Of a stretch of 64,000 nt of DNA, positions 42,530-54,099 are shown in pieces. Origin of the DNA: Octopus vulgaris (Eukaryota); contig OX597823.1 in the NCBI GenBank assembly GCA_951406725.2, positions 114,514,001 to 114,578,000 on the forward strand. Direction: 5' to 3'. A program made the position numbers and the translations under genes. The notes beneath the pieces were generated by a model. It worked only from the letters and a program-made list of their open reading frames with translations. It did not search any database and was not told the DNA's origin. How positions within the stretch are numbered: the first letter of the stretch is position 1; every line of letters begins with the position of its first letter.

Positions 42530-42765
42530 TACCTATTTCTTTATTACCCACAAGGGACTGCACACAGAGGGGACAAACAAGGACAGACATATGTATTAAG
42601 TCGATTACATCGACCCCAGTGCGTAACTGGTACTTAATTTATCGACCCCGAAAGGATGAAAGGCAAAGTCGACCTCGGCGGAATTTGAACTCACAACGTA
42701 ACGCAGACGAAATACCGCTTAGCATTTCGCCCGGCGTGCTAGCGTTTCTGTCAGCTCGCCGCCTT
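42530..42765 (-). mobile_element. SINE family B, full length with target-site duplication
   Basis: Direct repeat cctttttcatcatatacc at 42516-42533 and 42762-42779 flanks the element. Confidence 0.93.
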
Positions 42766-43282
42766 TTTCATCATATACCAGTTAAATCAAGAGTGACCTA
42801 TAGCTAATCAAAATTTACAGCAAGAAGCAAAAACACAGTAAAAGTAGGCTAGACCTGGATCTATACAACACAAAATGTTAATGATAATAGTGAAATAGCA
42901 AATGTTTTTGACACACACACACTCACACGGAACTAGAAATTTGAAAGAAAGGAGACAGACAATTTTGCCAGCCCGGGTAGTTGAAAAATGGGAGAATTAA
43001 AGGCAAAGTTGTGTTCGTTGAGATTTGAACCCAGAAACATCAAGGGCCGTAACTAAATTCTGCAAGTAAGTAAAATATTGATAATAATGACAAAAACAAA
43101 AAATTGAAATTAAAATATTACCAAAATGTTGCTGAGAACGTTGGCAGAAATAACATAAAAACATTTATTAACGGCAATGAATGACGACAAGAGCGATGTC
43201 AAAAGTGTCACGGAATGTGAGAACAGAGGCCAGACGAAACTAATGTATAACTACGCTTAACAATACCTAACAATATATATAG

Positions 43283-43870
43283 CTGCACGCGTGGCTATGT
43301 GGTAAAAAGCTCGCTTGTCAAACGTGGTTCGGGGTCAGTCAAATTGCGTGACATCTTGGACAAATGCGTTCTACTTTAGCCTCGGTTGACCAAAGCCTTC
43401 TGAGTAGAGGTCGTAGAAGTAAATTGGAAGAAGCCAGTTCTATATACACGCGCGTGCATATATATATGTATATGGATATAAATAATATATGTACATATAT
43501 ATATATATGTATATATATGTGTATATATATTATTTATATCCATATACATATATATATATGCACATGCGTATATAGGCACAGGGCTTCAACAACGGTGCAA
43601 ATACATACACACGAGAGATAGATACAAGACGTGGACAGTAATTACAGGACAAAAACGAGTATATATATGTGTGTGTCTAGGCATGTTCGTCCGCTTGTCA
43701 GCCAATGTTGGTTTGTTTACTTCCCCATAACCAAAGGGTTCGACAATAAACCAACAGAATAAGTTTCAGTCTAAAAATGTAATGAGCATCAGGGTCGATT
43801 CGTTCCACTGGACTCTTCAAAGCAATGCCACAGCATGCCTGCAGTCCAGTTACTGAAACAAATAAAAGAT
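43283..43870 (+). mobile_element. Old SINE family A copy with expanded or interrupted middle
   Basis: Degenerate head gtggctatgtggtaaaaagc..cttggacaaatg and tail cagcatgcctgcagtcc..actgaaacaaataaaaga. Confidence 0.7.
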
Positions 43871-44027
43871 ATAAGCTTAAATGAAAGATTAGTTCATATA
43901 ACTAAACATCAACAAAGTATAAGACCAGTAAAGACATATGTTTGAATGTACACCGAAAATGGAAATGAATAGATAGAAGAAGTACAACCGAATCACCGTG
44001 GGAGCCAAGAATATTACTCACGAATAT

Positions 44028-44438
44028 AAGGCGGCGAGCTGGCAGAAACGTTAGCACGCCGAGTGAAATACGTAGCCGTACTTCGTCTGCCGTTACGTTC
44101 TGAGTTCAAATTCCACCGAGGTCGACTTTGCCTTTCATCATTTCGGGGTCGATAAATTAAGTACCTGTTACGCACTGGGGTCGATGTAATCGACTTAATC
44201 CGTTTGTCTGTCCTTGTTTGTCCACCTCTGTGTTTAGCCCCTTGTGGGTAGTAAAGAAATAGGTATTTCATCTGACGTTACGTTCTGAGTTCAAATTTCG
44301 TCGAGGCCAACGTTGCCTTTCATCCTTTCGATTAAATAACTACCAGTTACGCACTGGGGTCGATATAATCGACCTTTTCCGTTTGTCTGTCCTTGTTTGT
44401 CCCCTCTGTGTTTAGCCCCTTGTAGGTAGTAAAGAAAT
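44028..44438 (+). mobile_element. SINE family B tandem dimer with 17-bp TSD
   Basis: A full unit (44028-44265) plus a second unit lacking the 5' head, flanked by atattactcac(g/a)aatat at 44011-44027 and 44439-44455. Confidence 0.93.
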
Positions 44439-44968
44439 ATATTACTCACAAATATTATTTAATGAGGTGAGAAAAGGTAGGTAACACCATTAGAAATATC
44501 CCCAGAGACGTCATTCGATTATTGTGCTCTACGTAGACGAGTATACGAAGTCAGTGTATTTCTTTAATGTGTATAGACATTGAGGACACGTCTGATCCTG
44601 CAATTCTGGTAAGGGCAGAGTTAAACATTGGGGTGGATTTACATGGTAAAATATTAGATATTGCCCTTCGGTCTGTTTTTGAACTCGACCAGATGTCACC
44701 ATTTCGTGTTGATATGCTGAACATAACATTCACCTCCGGTACTACATGACAAGGTACTAAATGAAGACAAAGAAAAAAAAATTAGTTCTGTACAGATGAT
44801 AGGTCTGAAATTAATAGATTTTCCATGGATTTTAATTTCTAGAAATCGTTCGACGGTGTTGACGACTGCTTTCATTCATCTTGTTATTTGTAATGTTAGC
44901 TTTGTTTAAATGGGAATGAAAGAATGGAATTTCAGTTTTAGGGAAACTAGCAATGCTAGGGATTGCTT

Positions 44969-45190
44969 AAGGTGGCGAGCTGGCAGAATCGTTAGCACTC
45001 CGGGCGAAATGCTTAGTGGTATTTCGTCTGCCGTTACGTTCTGAGTTCAAATTCCGCTGAGGTCGACTTTGCTTTTCATCCTTTCGGGGTCGATTAAATA
45101 AGTACCAGTTACGCACTGGGGTCGATGTAATCGACTTAATCCGTTTGTCTGTCCTTGTTTGTCCCTTCTGGGCAATAAAGAAATAGGTAT
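44969..45190 (+). mobile_element. SINE family B
   Basis: ggtggcgagctggcagaatcgttagc..gagttcaaattcc..gtcgactttgcttttcatcctttcggggtcgat..aaagaaataggtat. Confidence 0.93.
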
Positions 45191-45859
45191 GACAACAGTG
45201 TGAATTTTGGTAATGGTAAAGACAGTGAACTAATAGAATCGGTAGATCATCGGACGAAATGCTTAGCGGCATTTGTTCTGACTCTTACGCTTTGAGGTTA
45301 GCCCTCTCTTTCACTAGTCCACGCTATAAAATACAGTGACAATCTCGACGGTGGGACGTCAGAATTATTTTAGGAAGTGAGACAAAACTCTTGGCGGTAT
45401 TTCATCTGGCTCTATAAGTTCTGAGTTAACCTGTGATGACACTTGTGCCATATTGCATCGGTCTCTGGTAAACAGCGCATACTTGTGCCTTGGAGACTTA
45501 TTTTTCAATTGCAGAATTACGGTGAGTTTTGAACCCAGATGTTCAAATAATGAGGAGTTTGCTACTCTAAGCCAGCTTTGGTGGAGAAAAAACATTGTCA
45601 AATAGTATCACGGTCATACCTGTGACGTCATATATTCATATATCATATATACTCTTTTACTCTTTTACTTGTTTCAGTCATTTGACTGTGGCCATGCTGG
45701 AGCACCGCCTTTAGTCGAGCAGATCGACCCCAGGACTTATTCTTTGTAAGCCTAGTACTTATTCTATCAGTCTCTTTTGCCGAACCGCTAGGTTGTGGGG
45801 ACGTAAACACACCAGCATCGGTTGTCAAGCGATGTTGGGGGACAAACACATGCACACAA

Positions 45860-45930
<71 letters not shown>

Positions 45931-46024
45931 CGTGATCACCGATTAGGCGATCAGATGTTGTTACACATCACTAGTCACAATACGCTTCACATTGTTTTAG
46001 CCTTCAAATGACGCCACGCCGCTG

Positions 46025-47008
46025 CACAGAGGCCATCCGGATTCCCGTTAACGCCGTGAACAGGAATTAATCTTCTCTCTTCGCTCTTATACGCCATTTG
46101 GTCTCAACCTTCCCCCCTCCTCATCTAACCCCCCTCTCTCCCCTCCTCATCTAACCCCCTCTCCCCCTCCTTATCTAACCCCCTCTCCCCCTTCTCATCT
46201 AACCTCCCCCCCGACCCCTACTTCTGTTCAGTACTTCATCCTTTCACCCCTACTCCTCTTCCCTTCTTCCCTCTTTCTCCCTCCCTCCTTCTTCCCTCTT
46301 CCCCTTCCCTCTTTCTATCTGCTCCCTCACTCCACTTCTCTCTCTCCCCCTCTCCCTCTATCCTCCCTCCTCCTTTCCCCTCCTCTTCTCCTCTCCTTCC
46401 TTCTCCCCCTTCTCTCCCCTCCTCTTCTCCTCTTCTTCCTTCTCCCCCTTCCCCCTCCTCTTCTCTCCTTTCCTTCTCCCCTCTTCTCCCCTTTCTTTCT
46501 CCCCCTCACCCCTCCCCTTCCCCCCTTACCTCCCCCTCTTCCCTCATTTCCTCTCTCTACACTACACCATACGACTTTACACATCACATCATATATACAT
46601 ACACACGTCCAGACCTCTCATACGCACTAATACTCTCTCATACACACACACACACTCTCTCTCACACACACACACACTCTTATGTTGGAGCGAGGTCATT
46701 TAACCCTATTATCTCCCCTAATTTCGCTCTTGCGTCTCACGTTTGATCTTTGACTTCTGGCCGAAATCAGATCGCCATGTTGATTCGCTAGCCTCTGCAC
46801 GCATTTTTTTCTCTCCTTCTTTCTGTGTTTCTTCTCTGTGTATCTTTCTGTTGAAGAGCGTAGGCTCGAAACGTTAAAGACTTGTTTTATTTATATTTCC
46901 TGAGCGCCATACTAATACAATTGTTTGTTTGTATTCCACCTGCCTTCGTCTTTTGTTTATTTCCGTAAACCTGCCTTCGTCTTCTGTCTATTTTCATAAA
47001 GCTTCCCG

Positions 47009-47010
<2 letters not shown>
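46025..47010 (+). mobile_element. Penelope 3' fragment: end of GIY-YIG ORF, C/T-rich UTR, pLTR family P1
   Basis: SR*RREQELIFSLRSYTPFGLNL is a typical PLE endonuclease C-terminus. It is followed by a ~22-bp tandem repeat, a polypyrimidine tract and the P1 hammerhead-like block. Confidence 0.85.
46843..46880 (+). ncRNA. Minimal type I hammerhead-like motif, CUGUNGA variant (best-paired P1 copy)
   Basis: tcttt-CTGTTGA-A-GAGC gtag GCTC-GAAA-CG-TT-aaaga. 5-bp stem I, 4-bp stem II, and palindromic loopless stem III AACGTT. Confidence 0.55.
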
Positions 47011-47053
<43 letters not shown>

Positions 47054-48103
47054 CATATATACGACAGGCTTCTTTCAGTTTCCGTCTACCAAATCCACTC
47101 ACAAGGCTTTGGTCAGCCCGAGGCTATAGTAGAAGACACTTGCCCAAGGTGCCACGCAGTGGGACTGAAACCGGAACCATGTGGTTCGTAAGCAGGCTAT
47201 TTACCACACAGCCACTCCTATTTTACATCTATTATGTAATTTGTTCTCTTATATGTTGACCTCCTCGAGATGTTTTGAATCTATTAAAGGGCACCAGACT
47301 TAGGCAATTATGCGCTCTATGAAGTTAATTTTATATATTGATAGCTACTTTTAATAACAGCAACCCATGTAACATGGTTTCTTTAATTGAGTAATCCGTG
47401 AAGTATAGAAGTTGCAATAGTACACTGAAGCCAAAGAAGATTAAATGTCTTCTGTACAATAATTATGATAATGAAATATATCTAATATTAGCATTATACA
47501 AACAACAGTTCGTCTACTCTTTCCATTGAATATAATCAGCACCGAGCAGATTTCAACTGCAATATAACCTGAAAATATTCAGCATCAAAACAGATTATAA
47601 TAATGTTAGTATATACGCCTACTCCTTGCAAATTTAGGAAATATTTCATTTTAAATTCTGAAGTAAAGAAAATCGAAAGGAAGTTCCGATGGAAGAAATT
47701 ACAGTTTGAGGAAATATATAATTATTTTAGTTTAAAATTCGGTGTACGCAAGTGAAATTACATTGAATTAAAATGATACTATACATTCTCGCCATCGAAA
47801 ACATCTCTTTAAAAACATGCTGTGTTAAAAACAATGTATATTGGAGCGAGACGAAAAGTTGTTCCGGCAATGATTCACAAGAACGCCAATTGCATTTCGG
47901 TCTTGTCATTCATGTGTGCTCCGATATTTACGAAGAAGTGAACAATAGCTTCACTGATACTGCGAAGAGCCGCCGGGTTGAATTGAATTAGATGTATATT
48001 GTATTTAGCTGATATAAACCGTTGGGAAACATGATGCTGCGAGTTTTCGTCCGACAATACATCATTTCCAAGACGTAATAGACATATGGTGTTGAAACAT
48101 AAT

Positions 48104-48190
<87 letters not shown>

Positions 48191-48428
48191 TATAAGCATA
48201 TGCATACATACAATATATACACAAACGCACATATATATATATATACATACACACAGTTTGATCGTAGGTGATTTACTTCTAGCATATGGCCGACCACCTA
48301 GTGGTTTTTGCCTTTGAATATACACATGTATTAAAATTTTCTCTGATTTTTCAGAGTTTTGTATGCTAGGCTACTGGTTTTAAATTGATAATAATTAAAT
48401 TAATATTCAATTTATCTCCCTCATTATT

Positions 48429-48464
<36 letters not shown>

Positions 48465-48499
48465 CATATATATATACACATATATATACATATATATAT

Positions 48500-48680
48500 A
48501 TAGAAAAAAGACAACAAGAAAAAACAACAACGCGAGTACGTGGTACATGCAAAGTATAAATGAGATGCTCAGAGAAGGAAAGAAAGGTTGTGTTATGTTT
48601 CGAGCACAGCCCTTCTTTAGAAACAGGATACAGAGGAAAGTCCAAAAGAGGAAGAAGACGGTCGAAACGGAGCGTTCCTA
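48500..48680 (-). mobile_element. Penelope-type pLTR related to P2
   Basis: Minus strand gtttCTAAAGAaGGGCtgtGCTCGAAACATA with flanks similar to 31735-31950; abuts (TA)n. Confidence 0.6.
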
Positions 48681-48792
48681 TATATTGTTTTTGTAACACA
48701 GCATCTCTGCGAACTGATGATCTTCCTCTCGGCCTCTCGGACAAAAACCCGCAGCATTATAACTCACAATTGTGTATATACACTCTTTCTCT

Positions 48793-49188
48793 CTCTTTTA
48801 CTCTTTTACTTGTTTCAGTCATTTGACTGCGGCCATACTGGAACACCACCTTTAATCGAGCAAGTCGACCTCAGGACTTATTCTTTGTAAGCCCAGTACT
48901 TATTCTATCGGTCTCTTTTGCCAAACCGCTAAGTAACGGGGACATAAACACACCAGCATCGGTTGTCAAGCAATGCTAAGGGGACAAACACAGACACGCA
49001 AACACACACAGGCATATATATACATATATACGACGGGCTTCTTTCAGTTTCCGTCAACCAAATCCACTCACAAGGCTTTGGTCGGCCCGAGGCTATAGTA
49101 GAAGACACTTGCCCAAGGTGCCACGCAGTGGGACTGAACCCAGAACCATGTGGTTGGTTAGCAAGCTACTTACCACACAGCCACTCCT
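48793..49188 (-). mobile_element. SINE family A, full length
   Basis: Reverse complement of the 10978-11374 family. Confidence 0.93.
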
Positions 49189-49688
49189 AGTTTGCTTTTT
49201 GTAAGATATTTTTGCCAGAAGAGGGAAGCCAATAAATATGTCTTTGAAGATATCTTCTAAAACCTTCTACAACCTTCTAAACGTTTGAGATTGATTTACT
49301 TGATGTTTATTTTGAATATCTGTTGTTTGAAGTAGACAGAAACCATGAAGGGCAAGGAATGAGTGTCTCCGGTTGGGCTTCGAAGATTTGATGCAGTGGG
49401 ATTAATAAGGGAGAGAGATAAATGTGTGGGTCTTGTAGGAAGTGCAGGAGTACTAGATCGGAGGATTAGAGGCCCATCAGATAATAATAATAATAATAAT
49501 GAATCAGAGATAGATATCAATATAAATAGCAGCGCATCTTCCAGTCAGAGTGATCGTTTAGCTGAACTGGTAGAGCGTTGCAATATATTTACTCTGTGGA
49601 ATATGAATTCATTCTGAGGCGAACTTAGACTTTGTTCGCCTTCCAAGCCCATAAAAATAAGTACCAGTAAATTTCTGCAATTTCTGAT

Positions 49689-49691
<3 letters not shown>

Positions 49692-49765
<74 letters not shown>

Positions 49766-50014
49766 CTCCCTCTCTCTCTCTCGTTCGCTCTCTCTCTCTC
49801 TATCTCACACACACACTCTCTCATTCTTTCTCTGTGTCTCTCTCTGCCTCTCTCTCGTTCTCTCTCTCTTTCTCACTTTTTGTCTCACTTTTCACTCTGT
49901 CTCTCTTGCCTTCTCTCTTTCTTTCTCTCTCTCTCTCTTTCGCTCTCTCTCTATCTCACACACACACACACTCTCTCTCTCTTTCTTCCTCTCTCTTTCT
50001 TCCCCTCTCTGTCC

Positions 50015-50053
<39 letters not shown>

Positions 50054-50066
50054 CTCTCGTCTCTCT
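49692..50066. repeat. (CT)n-rich polypyrimidine tract
   Basis: Direct observation. Confidence 0.95.
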
Positions 50067-50121
50067 TCAGCTCTCAGGTATCAGCAGCGAGATGATGAAG
50101 AGACGGTTCTGCACTTCTCAA

Positions 50122-50362
50122 AAGGCGGTGAGCTGGCAGACACGTTAGCACGCCGGGCGAAATGCGTAGCCGTATTTCGTCTGCCGCTACGTTCTGAGTT
50201 CAAATTCCACCGAGGTCGACTTTGCCTTTCATCCATTCCATTCGGGGTCGATAAATTAAGTACTAGTTACGCACTGGGGTCGATGTAATCGATTTAATAC
50301 CTATGTCTGTCCTTGTTTGTCCCCTCTGTGTTTAGCCCCTTGTGGGTAGTAAATAAATAGGT
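50122..50362 (+). mobile_element. SINE family B
   Basis: Near-identical to 44028-44265, with a small ccatt duplication. Confidence 0.93.
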
Positions 50363-50707
50363 CTGCAGAGGTTTCCTCCAGAAAAAAAAAGAGAAATCAC
50401 TTCTACTTTATTACAGAGAAAGAATAAAAGAATATGATCAGCGAGGATTGGCTGAGTGTGGAACATCATCATAATTATGCATGTGAATTTTGAGGGAAAT
50501 TGGGTTGTTATTGTGGGCATTATTTATTCGTAAGAAATCAATATGAAATCACTGAGTAGTGTTAATACTTCGACTATGTCACAAATATTTTCTGTTCCCT
50601 TCGCTAATGATTGTGATAATGTTCATAGGAAAGGCCTCAACATTACATATTTAATGTGAATAACTTAGCAATTTGTTATTAAATTTTCATTAGTCTCAGC
50701 ATAGTAA

Positions 50708-51105
50708 TCTCTCTCTATATAAAGCTGAAGTTGTCTGTGTATGGCAGGTTTGGTAGCTTTCAACTAACACTATTTCCTCCGAGACCCTGCGGCGCAAGTT
50801 GACCAAAATTGAGAATATAATAGAAGAAGGCATACTCTTCATTCCGTAGAAGAAAAAACTCAAATCGGACCATGTTAATACCAACAATTATTTAAATCAA
50901 AAAGGTGCTTTTTTTCTATGAAAATCCCTATTTTTAAAGATTTTTTGACTGCTGTGTCGCCATTTTTCGGTGTATTTCAACCAGAAAAAAGTTCACTTAA
51001 AGAGAATAACAAGCTACATAAGGCAAAATTTTTACTTTTCAAAAATTCCAATTCTACAGGGTCGAAAAGAAAACAAGCCCGAGCAACGCTGGGCTATACT
51101 GCGAG
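50708..51105 (+). mobile_element. Non-autonomous Helitron, apparently complete
   Basis: A|TC 5' end (tctctctctatataaagctgaagttgtctgtgt), 3' hairpin gcccgagc-aac-gctgggc, then tatactgCGAG|T (CTAG with one change). Confidence 0.75.
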
Positions 51106-52013
51106 TAGTCTCTAAATCTCAAAGAACATGTTATTTTTTTTAAATCAGATCTGCTTTTCTTTTTCTACTGTTCAAATGTGTTGCAGCTTGTGAACTAATT
51201 AGCATCAGTTAAAATAAACTATCATTCGTAACTGCTCCTATTTAATTTCGTTTACTGATCGTAGAAAAAAGTACCTAAATCTTCTGTTTTGATGAAACAG
51301 ATCCATTTTGTAACGTTAACGATTACTTTTCTTTATTTTTTAACTTCAAGGAAGCAGATTTGTAGGGAACAGAAAAATTGATTGCCATTAGTATTACATT
51401 TACTTTAGTGACCCAAAACAGACTAAAAATAACAGTAACGCTACGAAGTGAACACGAACGTAAATAGATCTGAAATCATATTCTTCGGGCGCTTAACCAT
51501 TCATACCACTTCGTTGCTTTTCTGATTATAATGACATTGATAATAGAAACTTCTTAGACTACTTCATTTAATCGTCTTACCAAAAAAGTAAGGCAAATCA
51601 TAAGAGAAAAAACTATGTCATAAAAATGTAATAAAAACCATAAAAACACCACCAAAAACGCAAGTATTTAGTAATAATAAATCTATTGCCACAACCGTCA
51701 GCAAAATGGAGTGATTTGTAGTTTCGTGCCTAGAATGTTGTACTTAATTCTATATAAACGAGAAAGTTATGTGTCACGTTGGCAAAACAAAGTAATTAGG
51801 TAACAGCTGATGGTATAGGATTGGTTATTATAATATAGAAGAACGTTGTATTCCCCACTCTCTCGTCTTTGCATCTCCTTTCCTTCTATTCGCTCTCTAC
51901 TGTATCTTTTCTGTTCCTGCTGCTGACGCAAGATATTAGAAATGTCTAATGCAATCTCACTTAAGTTCGCTTCAACAGATCCCACCAACCGGCACAATAT
52001 TTTGTTTGCTTTT

Positions 52014-52059
<46 letters not shown>

Positions 52060-52704
52060 GGATTTTAGTTTCTTTCCGCCAATAATACAGAGAGGTAGAG
52101 AGAGAAAGACGCAGAGGGAGAGAGAGAGAAAAAAAACGAGAGCGAAACACACACAGAGAAAGAAAGATAGGGAAACACTACCTTCTGAAATATATTCAGA
52201 AAATAGAAAGAAGCGAGAAAATATTAGCAAAGAAGAAAATGAGAAGGAAAGTGGGAGCATTAAGCCATGGACAATACTGTATCTCTATTTCCACTCTCTT
52301 TTTCCTCTCTCTCTCTCTCTTTTCCCTCTCTTTCTCTCTCTCTCTCTCTCTCTGTTTCTGTCTTTTTCGCTCTCATTCTCATTTACGTCAATCTATCTTT
52401 TGCTATGGCAATATCGTAATACCATGAAATAATGTCATGAATACATAAATAGTCCCCTCAATTGAAATACATAGCTAATGAACGAAGTTTACTAACTGCA
52501 TTCATGTAGATTAGATCCCGAATACCTAATGAGCAAATTATTAGCATTCTCATCTAAATATATTCATTTAAATATAATTTCGTTATATTTCAATAAACAA
52601 AAAAAATAGGAAAGTCATCGAAGGAGAATAAAAATAAGATCATAACAGAGTATATATATATATATATGTGTGTATGTATGTATATGTATATATACATATA
52701 AATA

Positions 52705-52759
<55 letters not shown>

Positions 52760-52789
52760 TATTTATATACACAATAGTCACTAAAAGGT

Positions 52790-53011
52790 CTAAGGGTGCA
52801 AGTTAGTACCAGGATTACTAGAAATAAGAGTCAAAACAGCTCTTAGCACCATGAACAAGCACTTATCTAATGACTGACATGGAAGGCAAGCTCCTTACAT
52901 CAATATCTCACTTGCTGTAAGGAACTTGTCTCCCCTATCAGTGCTTGTCCGTGGCCAAGAGGATTTTTGACTCTTTTTTCTAACAATGCTGGCGCTGACT
53001 TGCGACCTTAG
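52790..53011. repeat. About 220-bp imperfect palindrome (foldback)
   Basis: Left ctaagggtgcaagttagtaccaggattactagaaataagagtcaaaa..aacaagcact matches the reverse complement of the right arm ctaaggtcgcaagtcagcgccagcattgttagaaaaaagagtcaaaa..gacaagcact. Inner stem ggcaagctccttaca/tgtaaggaacttgtc. Confidence 0.9.
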
Positions 53012-53268
53012 TCACTTGTGCCCTTTGGTTGTGAATTGCGAATAATATAAAAGGATATAATTCTAGTAAGTAGCATTCTGTTACTCAGTGTTTTATGCTC
53101 TCACCCTTGGACAGTTCTTAGTACATGCAGACCGAAAAAATAGAAATCTTTCGCGATTGAAGCTTATCAGAGTAATTAAACGTATTCTTGACATTCGATT
53201 TGCCGAGATTGACGAATGATGGTCTAAGGATTTACATTTTATGATATAAATAAATAAATAATTAAATA

Positions 53269-53323
<55 letters not shown>

Positions 53324-53431
53324 ATACATATACATATATATATATACATATATATACATATATATATACAAATATATATATGTGAGTGTGTGTGTATGTG
53401 TATAGATATGTAGAAGGTTGAAAAGGAACAC

Positions 53432-53822
53432 ACGTGTTCATATGTAAAAGGAAAATAAGACAAGCTAGAAAATGCTAAAATAACTTTTTCATGAAGAACA
53501 GTTTAATACCGGTTTCAGTCTCTACAACTTTTTCAACTTAAAGTAAAAACAATCCTACTATTAGGACTGCTACTACCTGCTACCAAGCCCTCACAAGAGT
53601 AAAAAAAAAAAGAGACAGACAGACATACAGAAAAAAAGGGAAAATATCCCTTGTATCTGAAATCTATGGAAATATTTTTAAAAAAACATTTCATTTCATT
53701 TTTCCACAATTTTATTGTTTTTCATGTTGGAAAATTCGCAAAGACTGAAACCGGTACTAAAATCCTTTTTATGATAAAGTTATTTTACTATTTTCTACCT
53801 TGTCTTCTTTTACTTATGTATA
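53432..53822. mobile_element. Inverted pair of pLTR-like fragments (family P3), each with GAAACCGGTA
   Basis: aagacaagctagaaaatgctaaaataactttttcat..taccggtttcagtct is mirrored by agactgaaaccggta..atgataaagttattttactattttctaccttgtctt. Confidence 0.8.
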
Positions 53823-53832
53823 TATATATATA

Positions 53833-54010
53833 GTTGGAATTTACAAAAAAGAAGACGAAGACAGGTGTGTAAACAACAAATGGGTGTATTAGTTTAACGC
53901 TCGGGAAAGTGAGAAAGTCTTTTATGTTTCGAGCCTATGCTCTTCAACAGAAAGTATCACACGAAAATAAACAGAGAGAGGATAAAAAAAGAGCTTTAGT
54001 GGCTAACGGA
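53833..54010 (-). mobile_element. Penelope pLTR family P1
   Basis: Minus strand ctttCTGTTGAaGAGCatagGCTCGAAACAT..acacctgtcttcgtcttc, ending at (TA)n. Confidence 0.8.
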
Positions 54011-54099
54011 AGTTTGAGTAAGTGAACTGCTTTGCGTGGTGACAGAAAGAAACTCAGTTTTCTCTTCGGTGTTAGTTGTTTTGAAGTATTTTTTGTCAT

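Larger units (their letters stand above)
45650..47219 (-). mobile_element. SINE family A split by nested insertions (tail 45650-45850, head 47059-47219)
   Basis: Head and tail are in the same orientation and correct order, each bordered by the internal TA/CA tract, with about 1.1 kb of other elements between them. Confidence 0.75.

Noticed and set aside
44567-44749. ORF with a possible micro-exon (tatag|ACATTG..CTG|gtaagg)
   Set aside because: Weak polypyrimidine tract, no homology recognised and no partner exons.
48705-48760. CTGATGA..GGAC(A/G)AAA hammerhead-like motif with a 25-bp inverted partner at about 48032
   Set aside because: No consistent stem II, stem III or NUH geometry could be built.
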